From an uncultured delta proteobacterium (GTDB lineage: Bacteria; Desulfobacterota; Binatia; Binatales; Binataceae), in the NCBI GenBank assembly GCA_963756005.1, contig CAVWMC010000003.1, positions 261,158 to 325,157 on the forward strand: DNA of 64,000 bases, written 5' to 3'. The notes beneath the pieces were generated by a model. That model was not told where the DNA came from and made no database searches. It worked only from the letters and a program-made list of their open reading frames with translations. Positions 45,067 to 53,910 of the stretch are shown here, piece by piece. Each line of letters begins with the position of its first letter. Positions within the stretch are counted from its first letter, which is position 1. The position numbers and the translations under genes were made by a program.

Positions 45067-46244
45067 TTCGAGCCGGCGTCGGTTTCTCGACCGCGCGCAA
45101 TCCGCGCAGCGCCGCCAGTGAGGCGACCGCCGCCGCGCTCGCACAGGCAGGCATCAGCCGCGCGACCGGCGCGCTGTGTTTCGCGACTACCGCCTACGGC
45201 GCCGCGTATCCGATGATCCTGCGCGCGGTGGCTTCCGAAGCGGGCACCCGCGAAGTCGCCGGATGCTCGAGCGTCGGCGTCATCGCCGGCGAAACCGAAA
45301 TCGAATCGGGCCACGCGCTCGCGGTGCTGGTGTTCGGCGGCGAGGAGATTCACGCGACCCGGTTCTTCGTGCCGACCCTGCGCGGGCGCGCCGCAGGTGT
45401 TGCGGCTGACGTGGCGACGAAGGTTCGGCCGAAGCTCGGCAAATCCAATCTGCTGATCCTGTGTGCCGATACTTACAACTTCGAGGCCGAGGCAACGCTC
45501 AAATCTCTAGGTCAGGAACTGCCGGGCGTGACTATCGCCGGCGGCGGCGCGAGCGAGGACGGCTCAATCGGCGAGACCTTCGTTTTCTGCGGCGACACGA
45601 TCAGCTCTAACGCGGTGTCCGGGATGCTGTTGTCGGGCGACTTCGATCTGACAGTCGCCAACACCATCGCGTGCGGGCTGATCGGCACGGCGCATCGCGT
45701 AACCGCCGCGCGCGACAATATCGTGATCGAACTCGACGGCCGCCCCGCTTACGAAGTCTTCGCCGAGGCTGCCGGCCCACTCGCCGAGGACCTGCGCCGC
45801 GCGCTGGGCTACGTCTTCGTCGCGATTCCGGTCTATGAAAACGCGGCGACGATCGAGCGCGGACAATTTGTCGTGCGCAATATCGTCGGCGCCAGCGAGG
45901 AGCATGGCGTCATCGCGGTCGCCTTCCAGCCGCAGGTGGGCGACACGCTCGGCTTCGTGCTGCGCGACGCCGAGCGCTCGCGCCAGGACCTGAAGGCGAC
46001 GCTCGACGACGTGAACGATCGCCTCCACGAACCGCCCGCGTTCGGCCTGTACTTCAATTGCGTCTCGCGCGGCGCGGGCCTCTACAACATCCCGGGCCAC
46101 GATTCCGCCTATATCAGGCGCGCGCTCGGCCCGGTCCCCATCGCCGGCTTCTTCACCGGCTTCGAAATCGGCCCCCTCGCCGAGCAAACCTCGCTGCTCC
46201 AGTACTCCGGCGTCCTCGCGCTGATCTCAGCAAAGAAAAGCTAG
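45063..46244 (+). CDS. FIST domain protein (FIST_N + FIST_C)
   Basis: Two-domain FIST pattern. ATGA overlap with the M20 peptidase stop. Confidence 0.7.
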   Translation: MIRAGVGFSTARNPRSAASEATAAALAQAGISRATGALCFATTAYGAAYPMILRAVASEAGTREVAGCSSVGVIAGETEIESGHALAVLVFGGEEIHATRFFVPTLRGRAAGVAADVATKVRPKLGKSNLLILCADTYNFEAEATLKSLGQELPGVTIAGGGASEDGSIGETFVFCGDTISSNAVSGMLLSGDFDLTVANTIACGLIGTAHRVTAARDNIVIELDGRPAYEVFAEAAGPLAEDLRRALGYVFVAIPVYENAATIERGQFVVRNIVGASEEHGVIAVAFQPQVGDTLGFVLRDAERSRQDLKATLDDVNDRLHEPPAFGLYFNCVSRGAGLYNIPGHDSAYIRRALGPVPIAGFFTGFEIGPLAEQTSLLQYSGVLALISAKKS

Positions 46245-47260
46245 CGCCGCTCCGTCATCCTTCTGATTCCCTCCTCCCACGTTGGAGGAGGGTTAGGGTG
46301 GAGGACCAAACCGTTCGATTGTCCGTCGCCGCACATCGGAATACCAGAAACTTTGGTCCTCCACCCGACGCTCGAAGACGAGCGTCGGCCTCCCCCATCG
46401 AAAGGGGAGGCAAAGATCGAAAAGATCAGCGGAGCTTGCGCGTCACCAGCATCGCGATGCGATACGTGAAATACATCTCGCCATCGATTCTTGCTGGACG
46501 CGCGCCGCTCAGATCTTCCACCGCGTCCCGCTCGACCATCGCAATCGCCTTCGCAGCCCGCTCCGGCGACGCATTCGCCGCCTTTGATCCATTGCGACAC
46601 CGGCGTGCGGTAGCCGTGCGACGTGAATCGCACAATCTCCAGCCCAGCGTCGCCCATCATCTTGATCAACTCGCTCATCGCGAGCGCGCTGGTATGCGAG
46701 GTGTCGCGCAGCCGCTCGAACTCGTTGTAGTACGCGGCGCGCTCCGGCTGTTCGCTCGCAATCAAATCCTCGATCGCCACCAATCCGTCAGCCCGGCACA
46801 CGCGCGCCATCTCGGCAATCACCTTCCGCGGCTCTGCGAAATGATGGACCGCGAAACGGCACACGACGACATCGAATTCGTGATCCTTGAACGGCAGCCG
46901 CGACTCGACGTCGCCCTTCTGGAAACTGACGTTGGTGATTCCCCGCTCCGCGCGCATATTCTCGGCAATAGCGAGCGGCGCGTCGGTCAAGTCGATACCG
47001 ACGACTTCGCGGCAGACCTGTGCAAACGCCATCGCGACATGCCCCGGCCCGGTCGCGACTTCGAGCACGCGCGCCTCGCGCGGCGGCGCGACAATCTCGA
47101 CCAGCTTGCGCAGATGATCGGCGTCGCGAATCGCGGGCGCGGTCGCGTAGTCGTTGGCCTGCCGGGTGAATTCTTCGCGGACCAGATTTTTGTGCTCGAT
47201 ATGTTCCATTGCGGCCATTGTCGCGGTTCCCGCGCACGAATCAAGCGCGCGCGGCCGCAC
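46241..47260 (-). CDS. class I SAM-dependent methyltransferase (UbiE/COQ5-like) with an unusual ~100-aa C-terminal extension
   Basis: VLEVATGPGH motif I, FDVVVCRFAVHH. The last ~50 codons run through the hairpin cluster 46262..46412. Confidence 0.75.
   Translation of the reverse strand: MRPRALDSCAGTATMAAMEHIEHKNLVREEFTRQANDYATAPAIRDADHLRKLVEIVAPPREARVLEVATGPGHVAMAFAQVCREVVGIDLTDAPLAIAENMRAERGITNVSFQKGDVESRLPFKDHEFDVVVCRFAVHHFAEPRKVIAEMARVCRADGLVAIEDLIASEQPERAAYYNEFERLRDTSHTSALAMSELIKMMGDAGLEIVRFTSHGYRTPVSQWIKGGECVAGAGCEGDCDGRAGRGGRSERRASSKNRWRDVFHVSHRDAGDAQAPLIFSIFASPFDGGGRRSSSSVGWRTKVSGIPMCGDGQSNGLVLHPNPPPTWEEGIRRMTERR
46262..46412. repeat. cluster of four consecutive perfect hairpins including a GGGTTAGGGTG motif
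   Basis: CCCTCCTCC-cacgtt-GGAGGAGGG. A 14-bp stem GGTGGAGGACCAAA...TTTGGTCCTCCACC. CGACGCTCG-aaga-CGAGCGTCG. GCCTCCCC...GGGGAGGC. Confidence 0.8.
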
Positions 47261-47364
47261 CTTCGCGGCGCTTGCGCGGCTGAAAGCCTTAATGGTACCT
47301 GAAACATGGATCTGAGCGGTTTCAGGCCGCAGGATTCCCCATCGACAAAACGGAGGAACGTAAG

Positions 47365-48492
47365 TTGGATTTCGGATTTTCTGAAGAACAAGAGATGCTT
47401 CGGGACGCGGCCAAGCGCTTTCTGGCCGACAACTGCCCGACCAAGTTTGTCCGCCAGCAAATGGCGGACGCCACTGCGCACGACGCCGGCTTCTGGAAAA
47501 AGCTGGTCGAACTCGGATGGCCCGGCTTGCTCATCCCCGAAGAATACGGCGGCCAGGGCGGCAGCTTCCTCGACATGACGGTGATCGTCGAAGAGGCGGG
47601 CAAGGCGCTGGTGCCGGGACCGCTGTTCACCTCCGCCCTGCTCGCGGCGCCGCTGTTGATTGAAGGCGGCTCCGACCAGCAGAAGAAAGACATCCTGCCG
47701 CGGATGGCGAAGGGCGAGTTTATCGGTACCGTCGCAATCGCCGAGGCCGCCGGCCGCTTCGACGCCGAGGGAATCCAGCTCAAGGCGACCAAGTCCGGCA
47801 AGGAATACACCATTACCGGCGAGAAATTCTTCGTGCCCGATGCGCACGTCGCCAACGGGATGGCGGTCGCGGTCCGCACCGGCGGTAGCGGCGAAAAGGG
47901 CATCACGATCCTGGCGATGAACGCCAAGGCGCCGGGCATCACGATCACTCAGCTCAAGACCGTCGATATGACGCGGCGGCTATGCCACGTGAAATTCGAC
48001 AATGTGAAAACCTCGGAAGTCATCGGCAAGGAAAGCGAGGGATGGCCGATTCTGCGGCGCACGCTCGACATCGCAACCGCGGGGCTCGCGGCCGAGATGG
48101 TTGGGACGGCGCAGAAGGCGCTCGACATGTCGGTCGATTACGCCAAGACCCGCGTGCAATTCGGCAAGCCGATCGGATCGTTCCAGGCCGTCAAGCACAA
48201 GTGCGTCGATATGATGGTCGCGGTCGAGAACGCGCGCTCGCTGACCTACTACGCGTGCTGGACGGTAGATACCAAAGGCGCGGAAGCACAGACCGCGGTG
48301 CCGATGGCGAAAGCGTACGCGTCGGACATGGCGAAGAACGTCACGTCGGAAGCAATCCAGGTCCACGGCGGCATCGGCTTCACCTGGGAGCACGACATGC
48401 ACCTGTACCATCGCCGCGCCCTGGCCGGCGAAGCAAACTTCGGCAACGCCCCGGTGCATAGAGAGACGGTCGCAAAGTCGCTGCTCGGCTGA
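47365..48492 (+). CDS. acyl-CoA dehydrogenase family protein
   Basis: Three-domain ACAD pattern. FAD/substrate region IPEEYGGQG. Confidence 0.9.
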   Translation: MDFGFSEEQEMLRDAAKRFLADNCPTKFVRQQMADATAHDAGFWKKLVELGWPGLLIPEEYGGQGGSFLDMTVIVEEAGKALVPGPLFTSALLAAPLLIEGGSDQQKKDILPRMAKGEFIGTVAIAEAAGRFDAEGIQLKATKSGKEYTITGEKFFVPDAHVANGMAVAVRTGGSGEKGITILAMNAKAPGITITQLKTVDMTRRLCHVKFDNVKTSEVIGKESEGWPILRRTLDIATAGLAAEMVGTAQKALDMSVDYAKTRVQFGKPIGSFQAVKHKCVDMMVAVENARSLTYYACWTVDTKGAEAQTAVPMAKAYASDMAKNVTSEAIQVHGGIGFTWEHDMHLYHRRALAGEANFGNAPVHRETVAKSLLG

Positions 48493-48567
48493 TCGCGACG
48501 AGTTGAAGATCGATAGAGGGCCGCGGGCGATTAACCCGCGGCCCTCGATTTTTCTCTTCGCGCGTTC

Positions 48568-48806
48568 TCCTAACCTCCCTTGTCCGAGGGGAGGTCGGCG
48601 TAAGCCGCTTGAAAAGCGGTGTTGCCGGGAGAGGTGCAACGCCTGACACCGCACCGACCCCGACTCGTTTAATCGCAATTGAGAGAAACTATTCCGCCGC
48701 CCGACGGCAGCACAACTACGCGCAGTTGTAGCGGCGCGCGTTGCACCTCGCCCGTCGCGCCCCTTCGGCGCGCGCCGACCTCTCCTCGGACAAGGAGAGG
48801 TTAGGA
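48568..48806. repeat. TIR-flanked palindromic element, family A, copy 3
   Basis: Same TIRs with minor variants (CTCCC / GGGGAG). Sits between convergent gene ends. Confidence 0.85.
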
Positions 48807-48839
48807 ATCTCGCTGCGACCAAGAACTATCGCGACGAAC

Positions 48840-50222
48840 CTACGCGATGGCTTTTGATTTTTCTGCTTCGGCGGCGGCGCTCCGCGCCGCTAGGCGGTCG
48901 CGCATGGCGCGGTGGCTTTCGCGCGTGATTGGGTAGCGTGAGAAGACCAGCGCGCTCATCAGGTAGATCGACGCGGGGCCGATTGCGAACAGCGCGCGCA
49001 GATGTTCGCCCGCTTGCGGCGTGATTGCGCCGCCGCCCGGCTTGTAACCGACCCAGCTCAGGACCGGACCGACCAGCAGCAGCGAGACTGCGATCGCCAG
49101 CTTGATCGACATCGAAGTTATTCCGCCGTACGCGCCTTCCTGGCGCTGGCCGGTGCGCTCCTCGTCCCATTCGATCACGTCGGCCGCCGCCGAGATTTGC
49201 GTGACCCAGATTCCGATCGCCGAGAAGCCGCTGAACGCGAACAGCAGGTAAAGGCCAAGCGCGCTCTGCACGCTCATCAGCATGAACCCGAGCGAGCCGA
49301 TCGCGTTGCAGATAATCGCGGCCACGAAGGCCGGCTTCTTTTCAAACCTGACGGTCATCCTGAACCAGAACGGATACGAGATGACCGAGCCGGCGAAGTA
49401 TGCCATCAGCCATCGCGCCGCCGCGTTCTCGTCGTGATACCAGTACTTGGCCAGGAAGCGGATCAGCACGGTCGGAATGTTGATCGCCATCACGGCCAGG
49501 GTCGTGGCGATCAGCAGGATGACGAACGGCCGGTTGCCGGCGACTGATTTGAGCGAGGCCCACAGCTTCGAGCGCTCGAGCGTCGAAAACTCAGCGCGCT
49601 CGCGCAGTCCCGCGTACGCGACCATCGCGCCGCCGGCGACGACCAACCCGCAAATAGCGCCCGTCACTTTGAAGTCGGTGCCGCGCGCGAACAGGTAGGT
49701 CGCCGCAAACGGCAGCAGCGCGCCGCTGATGTCGCCGACGGTGCCGAGCAACTGCCGAAAGGTCGAGAGCCTGGTGCGTTCGTCGTAGTCGAGCGTAAGT
49801 TCAGGCATCAGCGCGCCGTACGCGGTCTCGTAAAACTTGCGCGACGTGAGCATCAGGAAGTAGAAGCCGAAGAACCAAACGAACAGGCCGGCGTGCAGCC
49901 GCGGCGGCGACAGCAGCAGGTAGTAGCAGACCGCCATCGGAATCGACGCGAAGAAAAACGGCCGGCGGCGGCCCGATTTGAAGCGCGCGCGATCGGAAAT
50001 ATTGCCGACCAGCGGGTCGGTCACCGCGTCGAGCACCAGCGCGAGAAAGAAAGCAAGCCCGGCCAGCGATGGAGAGAGGCCCATCCGATCGCTATAAAAA
50101 TAGAGCAGGTGAAGCCCGAGCAGGGTCGCGCAAAGGTTGAGGCCGGTCTGCGCCTGCGCGTAGATTAGCAGGGGACGAAGGCCAATCTTCTCGCTTGAAT
50201 CCCGGATTGCCACAGTCCGCAA
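48840..50222 (-). CDS. MFS transporter, glycoside-pentoside-hexuronide (GPH) family-like
   Basis: 12-TM pattern and the GPH-type motif DAVTDPLVGNISDR. Confidence 0.85.
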   Translation of the reverse strand: MRTVAIRDSSEKIGLRPLLIYAQAQTGLNLCATLLGLHLLYFYSDRMGLSPSLAGLAFFLALVLDAVTDPLVGNISDRARFKSGRRRPFFFASIPMAVCYYLLLSPPRLHAGLFVWFFGFYFLMLTSRKFYETAYGALMPELTLDYDERTRLSTFRQLLGTVGDISGALLPFAATYLFARGTDFKVTGAICGLVVAGGAMVAYAGLRERAEFSTLERSKLWASLKSVAGNRPFVILLIATTLAVMAINIPTVLIRFLAKYWYHDENAAARWLMAYFAGSVISYPFWFRMTVRFEKKPAFVAAIICNAIGSLGFMLMSVQSALGLYLLFAFSGFSAIGIWVTQISAAADVIEWDEERTGQRQEGAYGGITSMSIKLAIAVSLLLVGPVLSWVGYKPGGGAITPQAGEHLRALFAIGPASIYLMSALVFSRYPITRESHRAMRDRLAARSAAAEAEKSKAIA

Positions 50223-50318
50223 ACACTACTCGATGGACATGCCGATATACAAAGCATTTGCGATTCCCGGCCCGATTCGGCTATCGGGATGGCGATGAGA
50301 ATTTTCGAGCGCTCCCCG

Positions 50319-51092
50319 ATGCGTGACCGCCGATGGCTGTGGCTGGTCGCGCTGATGCTGTCATTGGCGCTGGCGACCTCGGGATGCGCGCAGATCAAGG
50401 CGTGGTGGAGTCCCGACGACGACTCGACCGATCTCGACGACGCCGCCAACGCCAACGAAGGCGAGCCGCTGCCGCCACCGGTCGCCAACGTCGCGATCAG
50501 TTACCGCCGCCCGGGCGACGCGCTCGCACGCGCCACCGTGATCAAGTTCTTCGGCGCCGAAGTGATCGCCAACCATCAGCGCGACGCGACGCGTACGGAG
50601 TCGGTGGTGCGATTCGACGGCGGCGTGCCGATTTGGGAGTTCAAGGCCGACGAAGGCACTTTCGGCTCGATCACCGGCGTCGGCGCGTCGAAGTATTCGC
50701 TCAAGAGTATCGACTACTCGAAAGTGCCGGCACACTTCACCCAGGTTCTCCCGGAGGAGGGACCGCCTGAGCCGCTCGATCGCGGCGCTTACTACGTCTT
50801 TCAGATCGAGCGCTCGTCCGGATCGACCAGTTACCAGGCGGTCAAAGTGCTCGCCGACGGTTCGCTCCAGGCCTACAACGCGCAACCGCGGGCCGGCAGC
50901 AGTTACATGCTGTGCTGTAACGTGACATCGGACTTCCCCGAGCCGGTGATTCTGCCCGATACCAGCCAGGATGCGGGAGCCGAAAATCCGCCGCCGCCCG
51001 ACGAAAATCCCGATCAATCCGGCGCTCCTCCAGAGCAATCTGCTCCTCCGCCGGAGGAATCTCCCCCGTCCCTTGATCCCACTGCGCCGTAG
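50319..51092 (+). CDS. hypothetical lipoprotein with Pro-rich C-terminal tail
   Basis: Lipobox LATSGC after an N-terminal signal peptide. Confidence 0.6.
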   Translation: MRDRRWLWLVALMLSLALATSGCAQIKAWWSPDDDSTDLDDAANANEGEPLPPPVANVAISYRRPGDALARATVIKFFGAEVIANHQRDATRTESVVRFDGGVPIWEFKADEGTFGSITGVGASKYSLKSIDYSKVPAHFTQVLPEEGPPEPLDRGAYYVFQIERSSGSTSYQAVKVLADGSLQAYNAQPRAGSSYMLCCNVTSDFPEPVILPDTSQDAGAENPPPPDENPDQSGAPPEQSAPPPEESPPSLDPTAP

Positions 51093-51202
51093 GGCATTTG
51101 CCGCGCTTTCTCGGCCTTCGGCGAGCTGATCAGCCTGCCTGGCGATTTTTAAATTCCGCAACAGATTGGCATTGTTACGCCAGTTCGACATTGCGCTCAG
51201 TG

Positions 51203-51218
51203 ATGAATATAGATTCAT
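51203..51218. promoter_or_regulatory. perfect palindrome ATGAATatagATTCAT (candidate TetR operator)
   Basis: 6-4-6 inverted repeat in an AT-rich region ~55 bp upstream of the tetR-family gene. Confidence 0.4.
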
Positions 51219-51275
51219 AATTGAATAGAGAGTCGAGATTGACACACGATTCATTTTCCAATAAAAACGCCTATC

Positions 51276-51887
51276 GTGGGTCAAGCAGCTCGACAAACTT
51301 CCGATGTGCCAAATCGATTCGATCGCCGTCGCGAGAAAACGCGCGTCGATCTGATCCAGGCGGCCGAACGCGTCATCTCGAGCAAGGGCTACCATCAGAC
51401 GCGCATCGCCGACATCGCGACCGAAGCCGACGTCGGCCTCGGCACCTTCTACCTGCATTTCAAAACCAAGAACGAGATTTTTATCGAGCTGATCGAGCAT
51501 GGCGCCGCGGAGTTGCGCAAGAATCTCGCCGAAGCGAAGGCAGGCGTCCATACGCCGGCCGAGAAGCTCAAGATCACGATCGATACGATTCTCGACGCGG
51601 CCGCCGAAGCGCCTGAACTTTTCCGAATTGTGTTCGGCCACAGTCCCGCGTTTCTCGATCTGATGGTCCGCGTCCACGAAGTGTTCATCGACGACTTGCG
51701 CGACGACCTCGCGCCGGCGGTCGGCGAGCGCGCCGACGCGATTGCGCATCTGACGATCGGGATGCTGTCGCAGGCTATTTCGTGGCTGCTCGCGAGCCGC
51801 GATCTTTCTCACGCGGAGCTCAAAAATATCACCGTGAATTTTGCCTTGGGCGGTCTCGAGCGCGCAGCACAGCTCGGCGCCCCATGA
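51276..51887 (+). CDS. TetR/AcrR family transcriptional regulator
   Basis: TetR HTH signature (KGYHQTRIADIATEADVGLGTFYLHFKTKNEIF). Confidence 0.9.
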   Translation: MGQAARQTSDVPNRFDRRREKTRVDLIQAAERVISSKGYHQTRIADIATEADVGLGTFYLHFKTKNEIFIELIEHGAAELRKNLAEAKAGVHTPAEKLKITIDTILDAAAEAPELFRIVFGHSPAFLDLMVRVHEVFIDDLRDDLAPAVGERADAIAHLTIGMLSQAISWLLASRDLSHAELKNITVNFALGGLERAAQLGAP

Positions 51888-51926
51888 AAAGTTAAAAAGT
51901 GAAAATGAATCTGGAGGATTCCCGCA

Positions 51927-52925
51927 ATGGCCCACGATCACACGATTGTTAACACCGACCTGGAAAGCGTTTTCCACTGGGACTACAGCGTCAAGTTCCC
52001 GCAGATGGACCGCCTGTACGAGAACGCCAAGCGCGATCAGTGGAACGTCTCGACCACTATCAACTGGGACCGGCCGATTGAGAACGAAGTGCTGGACATG
52101 ACGATGATGCCGATGTTCCAGACCGAGCTCTATCGATCGCTCAGCGAAGAGAACAAGTATCAGCTCGGGCGCAAGTTCGCGGCATGGCGGCTGTCGCAGT
52201 TCCTGCACGGCGAGCAGGGGGCGCTGATGGTTTGCGGGCAGTTGGTTGACGCCGTGCCGGACCTCGACGCCAAGATGAATGCGGCGGCGCAGGTGTTCGA
52301 CGAGGCGCGCCACGTCGAAGGCTTCCGCAAGTACATCACCAAGCTCGATCGCATCTACCCGATCGATCCGACGCTCGAGCGCCTGCTGACCACCGTGATG
52401 GCGCACGATCGATGGGAGCCCAAGTACGTCGGGATGCAGGTGGTGGCCGAGGGGCTGGCGATCGCGGCGTTCCGCTTCATGCAGCGCGAGACCAAGGACG
52501 AGCTGCTGAAGGAGTTGCTCGAGTACATCATGAAGGACGAGGCGCGTCACGTCGGCTTCGGGATGCTGGCGCTGCGCGACGCCGTGACCAAGCTCAAGGG
52601 CAAGGACAAGAAGGACCTCGAGGAGTTCGCCTTCGCCGCATGCGACATGATGGTGACGAAGGTGGTTGACGGCGTGCCCAAGGACGGCTTCCTGTCGGGC
52701 GCGGCAGTGTTCGAGGAAGTGGGCATCTCGATGAAGGACATCGAGGACGAGATGCATCGCAACCCGGCGTGGGCGGCGGCGGAGAACGATATGGAAAAGC
52801 AGTTCAACTCGTTCCTGTTCGTCGATACGATCATCCCATGCCTGCGGCAAATCGACCTGATCAACGACCGCACCGAGTCGTGGTACCAGCAGCTAGGCGT
52901 GATGCAGATGGCGTCGGCGGCGTAG
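51927..52925 (+). CDS. ferritin-like diiron-carboxylate protein (AurF-like diiron oxygenase family)
   Basis: Two E..H motifs (FDEARHVEGF and KDEARHVGFG) within a four-helix-bundle-like repeat. Confidence 0.65.
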   Translation: MAHDHTIVNTDLESVFHWDYSVKFPQMDRLYENAKRDQWNVSTTINWDRPIENEVLDMTMMPMFQTELYRSLSEENKYQLGRKFAAWRLSQFLHGEQGALMVCGQLVDAVPDLDAKMNAAAQVFDEARHVEGFRKYITKLDRIYPIDPTLERLLTTVMAHDRWEPKYVGMQVVAEGLAIAAFRFMQRETKDELLKELLEYIMKDEARHVGFGMLALRDAVTKLKGKDKKDLEEFAFAACDMMVTKVVDGVPKDGFLSGAAVFEEVGISMKDIEDEMHRNPAWAAAENDMEKQFNSFLFVDTIIPCLRQIDLINDRTESWYQQLGVMQMASAA

Positions 52926-53011
52926 TCAGAAATCAGCACAGTAAGAATGATGAAGGGCCGGTCGTCAGAACGACCGGCCCTTTTCTTTGTAGCCGAACTT
53001 GGAGATGCAGA

Positions 53012-53391
53012 ACCCTAACCCCTAACCCCTTCCCCAGGAAGAATGGGGAAGGGGAACAAAGTCAGGGAAATCGGTCCCGTCCTATCCCCCTAACCCCCTT
53101 TCCAGCATGGAAAGGGAGAACAGAAAATCCGGTCCCGAAGGCCTTTCCAATATCGAACGGGGGAACGGAAAAATCAGTCCCGAAGGACCTTTCCAGCAGA
53201 AGGCGGAACAGAGATGTCCTATCTCGCCAACTCGCTTTGCAGAATGGATAGGAGCGACCCGAAGCTCTTGTGCGTGTTCCCCCTTTCCGAACCGGAAAGG
53301 GGGTGAGCGGGATAGGACGGCGTGCGCCCGGATGTTTCTCCTAGTTCCCCTTCCCCAGTTTTTCCTGGGGAAGGGGTCAGGGGTTAGGGTG
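53012..53391. repeat. ~380-bp nested palindromic element, family D
   Basis: Termini CCCTAACCCCTAACCCCTTCCCCAGG / CCTGGGGAAGGGGTCAGGGGTTAGGG. Three internal ~50-bp tandem units (CCTTTCCAG...GGAAAGGG hairpins). Confidence 0.8.
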
Positions 53392-53404
53392 ATTGAGATG
53401 GGCC

Positions 53405-53910
53405 CTACTTTCTGAATTTCTCGAGCGCTTCGCCCGTGAGCTTGTAGTTCGGCTCGCCGAATTCTTCATCGACGGTGCCTGTTGGCCGGAAGCCTAGGCT
53501 TACGTATAAAGCGGCGGCGTTGACGTTGGTGCGGAAGCAGGTTAGCTGGACGGCTTCGCATCGCGGGTAACGCGCGGCGATCATTTTGAGCACCTCGACC
53601 ATTGCGGCGCGGCCGTAGCCCATCCCCTGATGCTCCGCGGCGATCATGATGTCGTCGATCCAGTAGTTGTCGCGACTGTTCGCGTTGCATACGGTCGTCG
53701 CGTAGCCCACCACTTCATCGCCGGCGCGAATCAGATGCGGCAGATGCTCGAAGTTGTCGCCGAATAGGCGCACATAGCATCGCGCGAGCGTCCATCGCGG
53801 CGGCGTGACGAACGTGACCTGCTCGGGCCGAAGCTCCATCCGGAACAGCTTGTAGAAAATTGCTGCCGATCGATCGGCTCGAGAATTATTTTGTGTTCGG
53901 TCTTCTTCAT
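53405..53910 (-). pseudogene. GNAT family N-acetyltransferase with an apparent frameshift at a T4/T5 homopolymer
   Basis: GNAT motifs (VVGYATT, QGMGYGRAAM) in one frame. An upstream MKKTEHKIILEPIDRQQF in an adjacent frame has its ATG in an ATGA overlap with the stop of the vWA gene. Confidence 0.6.

Noticed and set aside
43558-45144. 528-aa minus-strand ORF
   Set aside because: Antisense to the M20 peptidase, which has clear catalytic motifs.
50361-52850. 829-aa minus-strand ORF
   Set aside because: Runs antisense across the lipoprotein, TetR and diiron-oxygenase genes. Composition is R/H/L-rich noise with no domains.
53012-53030. CCCTAACCCCTAACCCC resembling a eukaryotic telomere repeat
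   Set aside because: Only two to three units, embedded in a prokaryotic palindromic element. The resemblance is coincidental.
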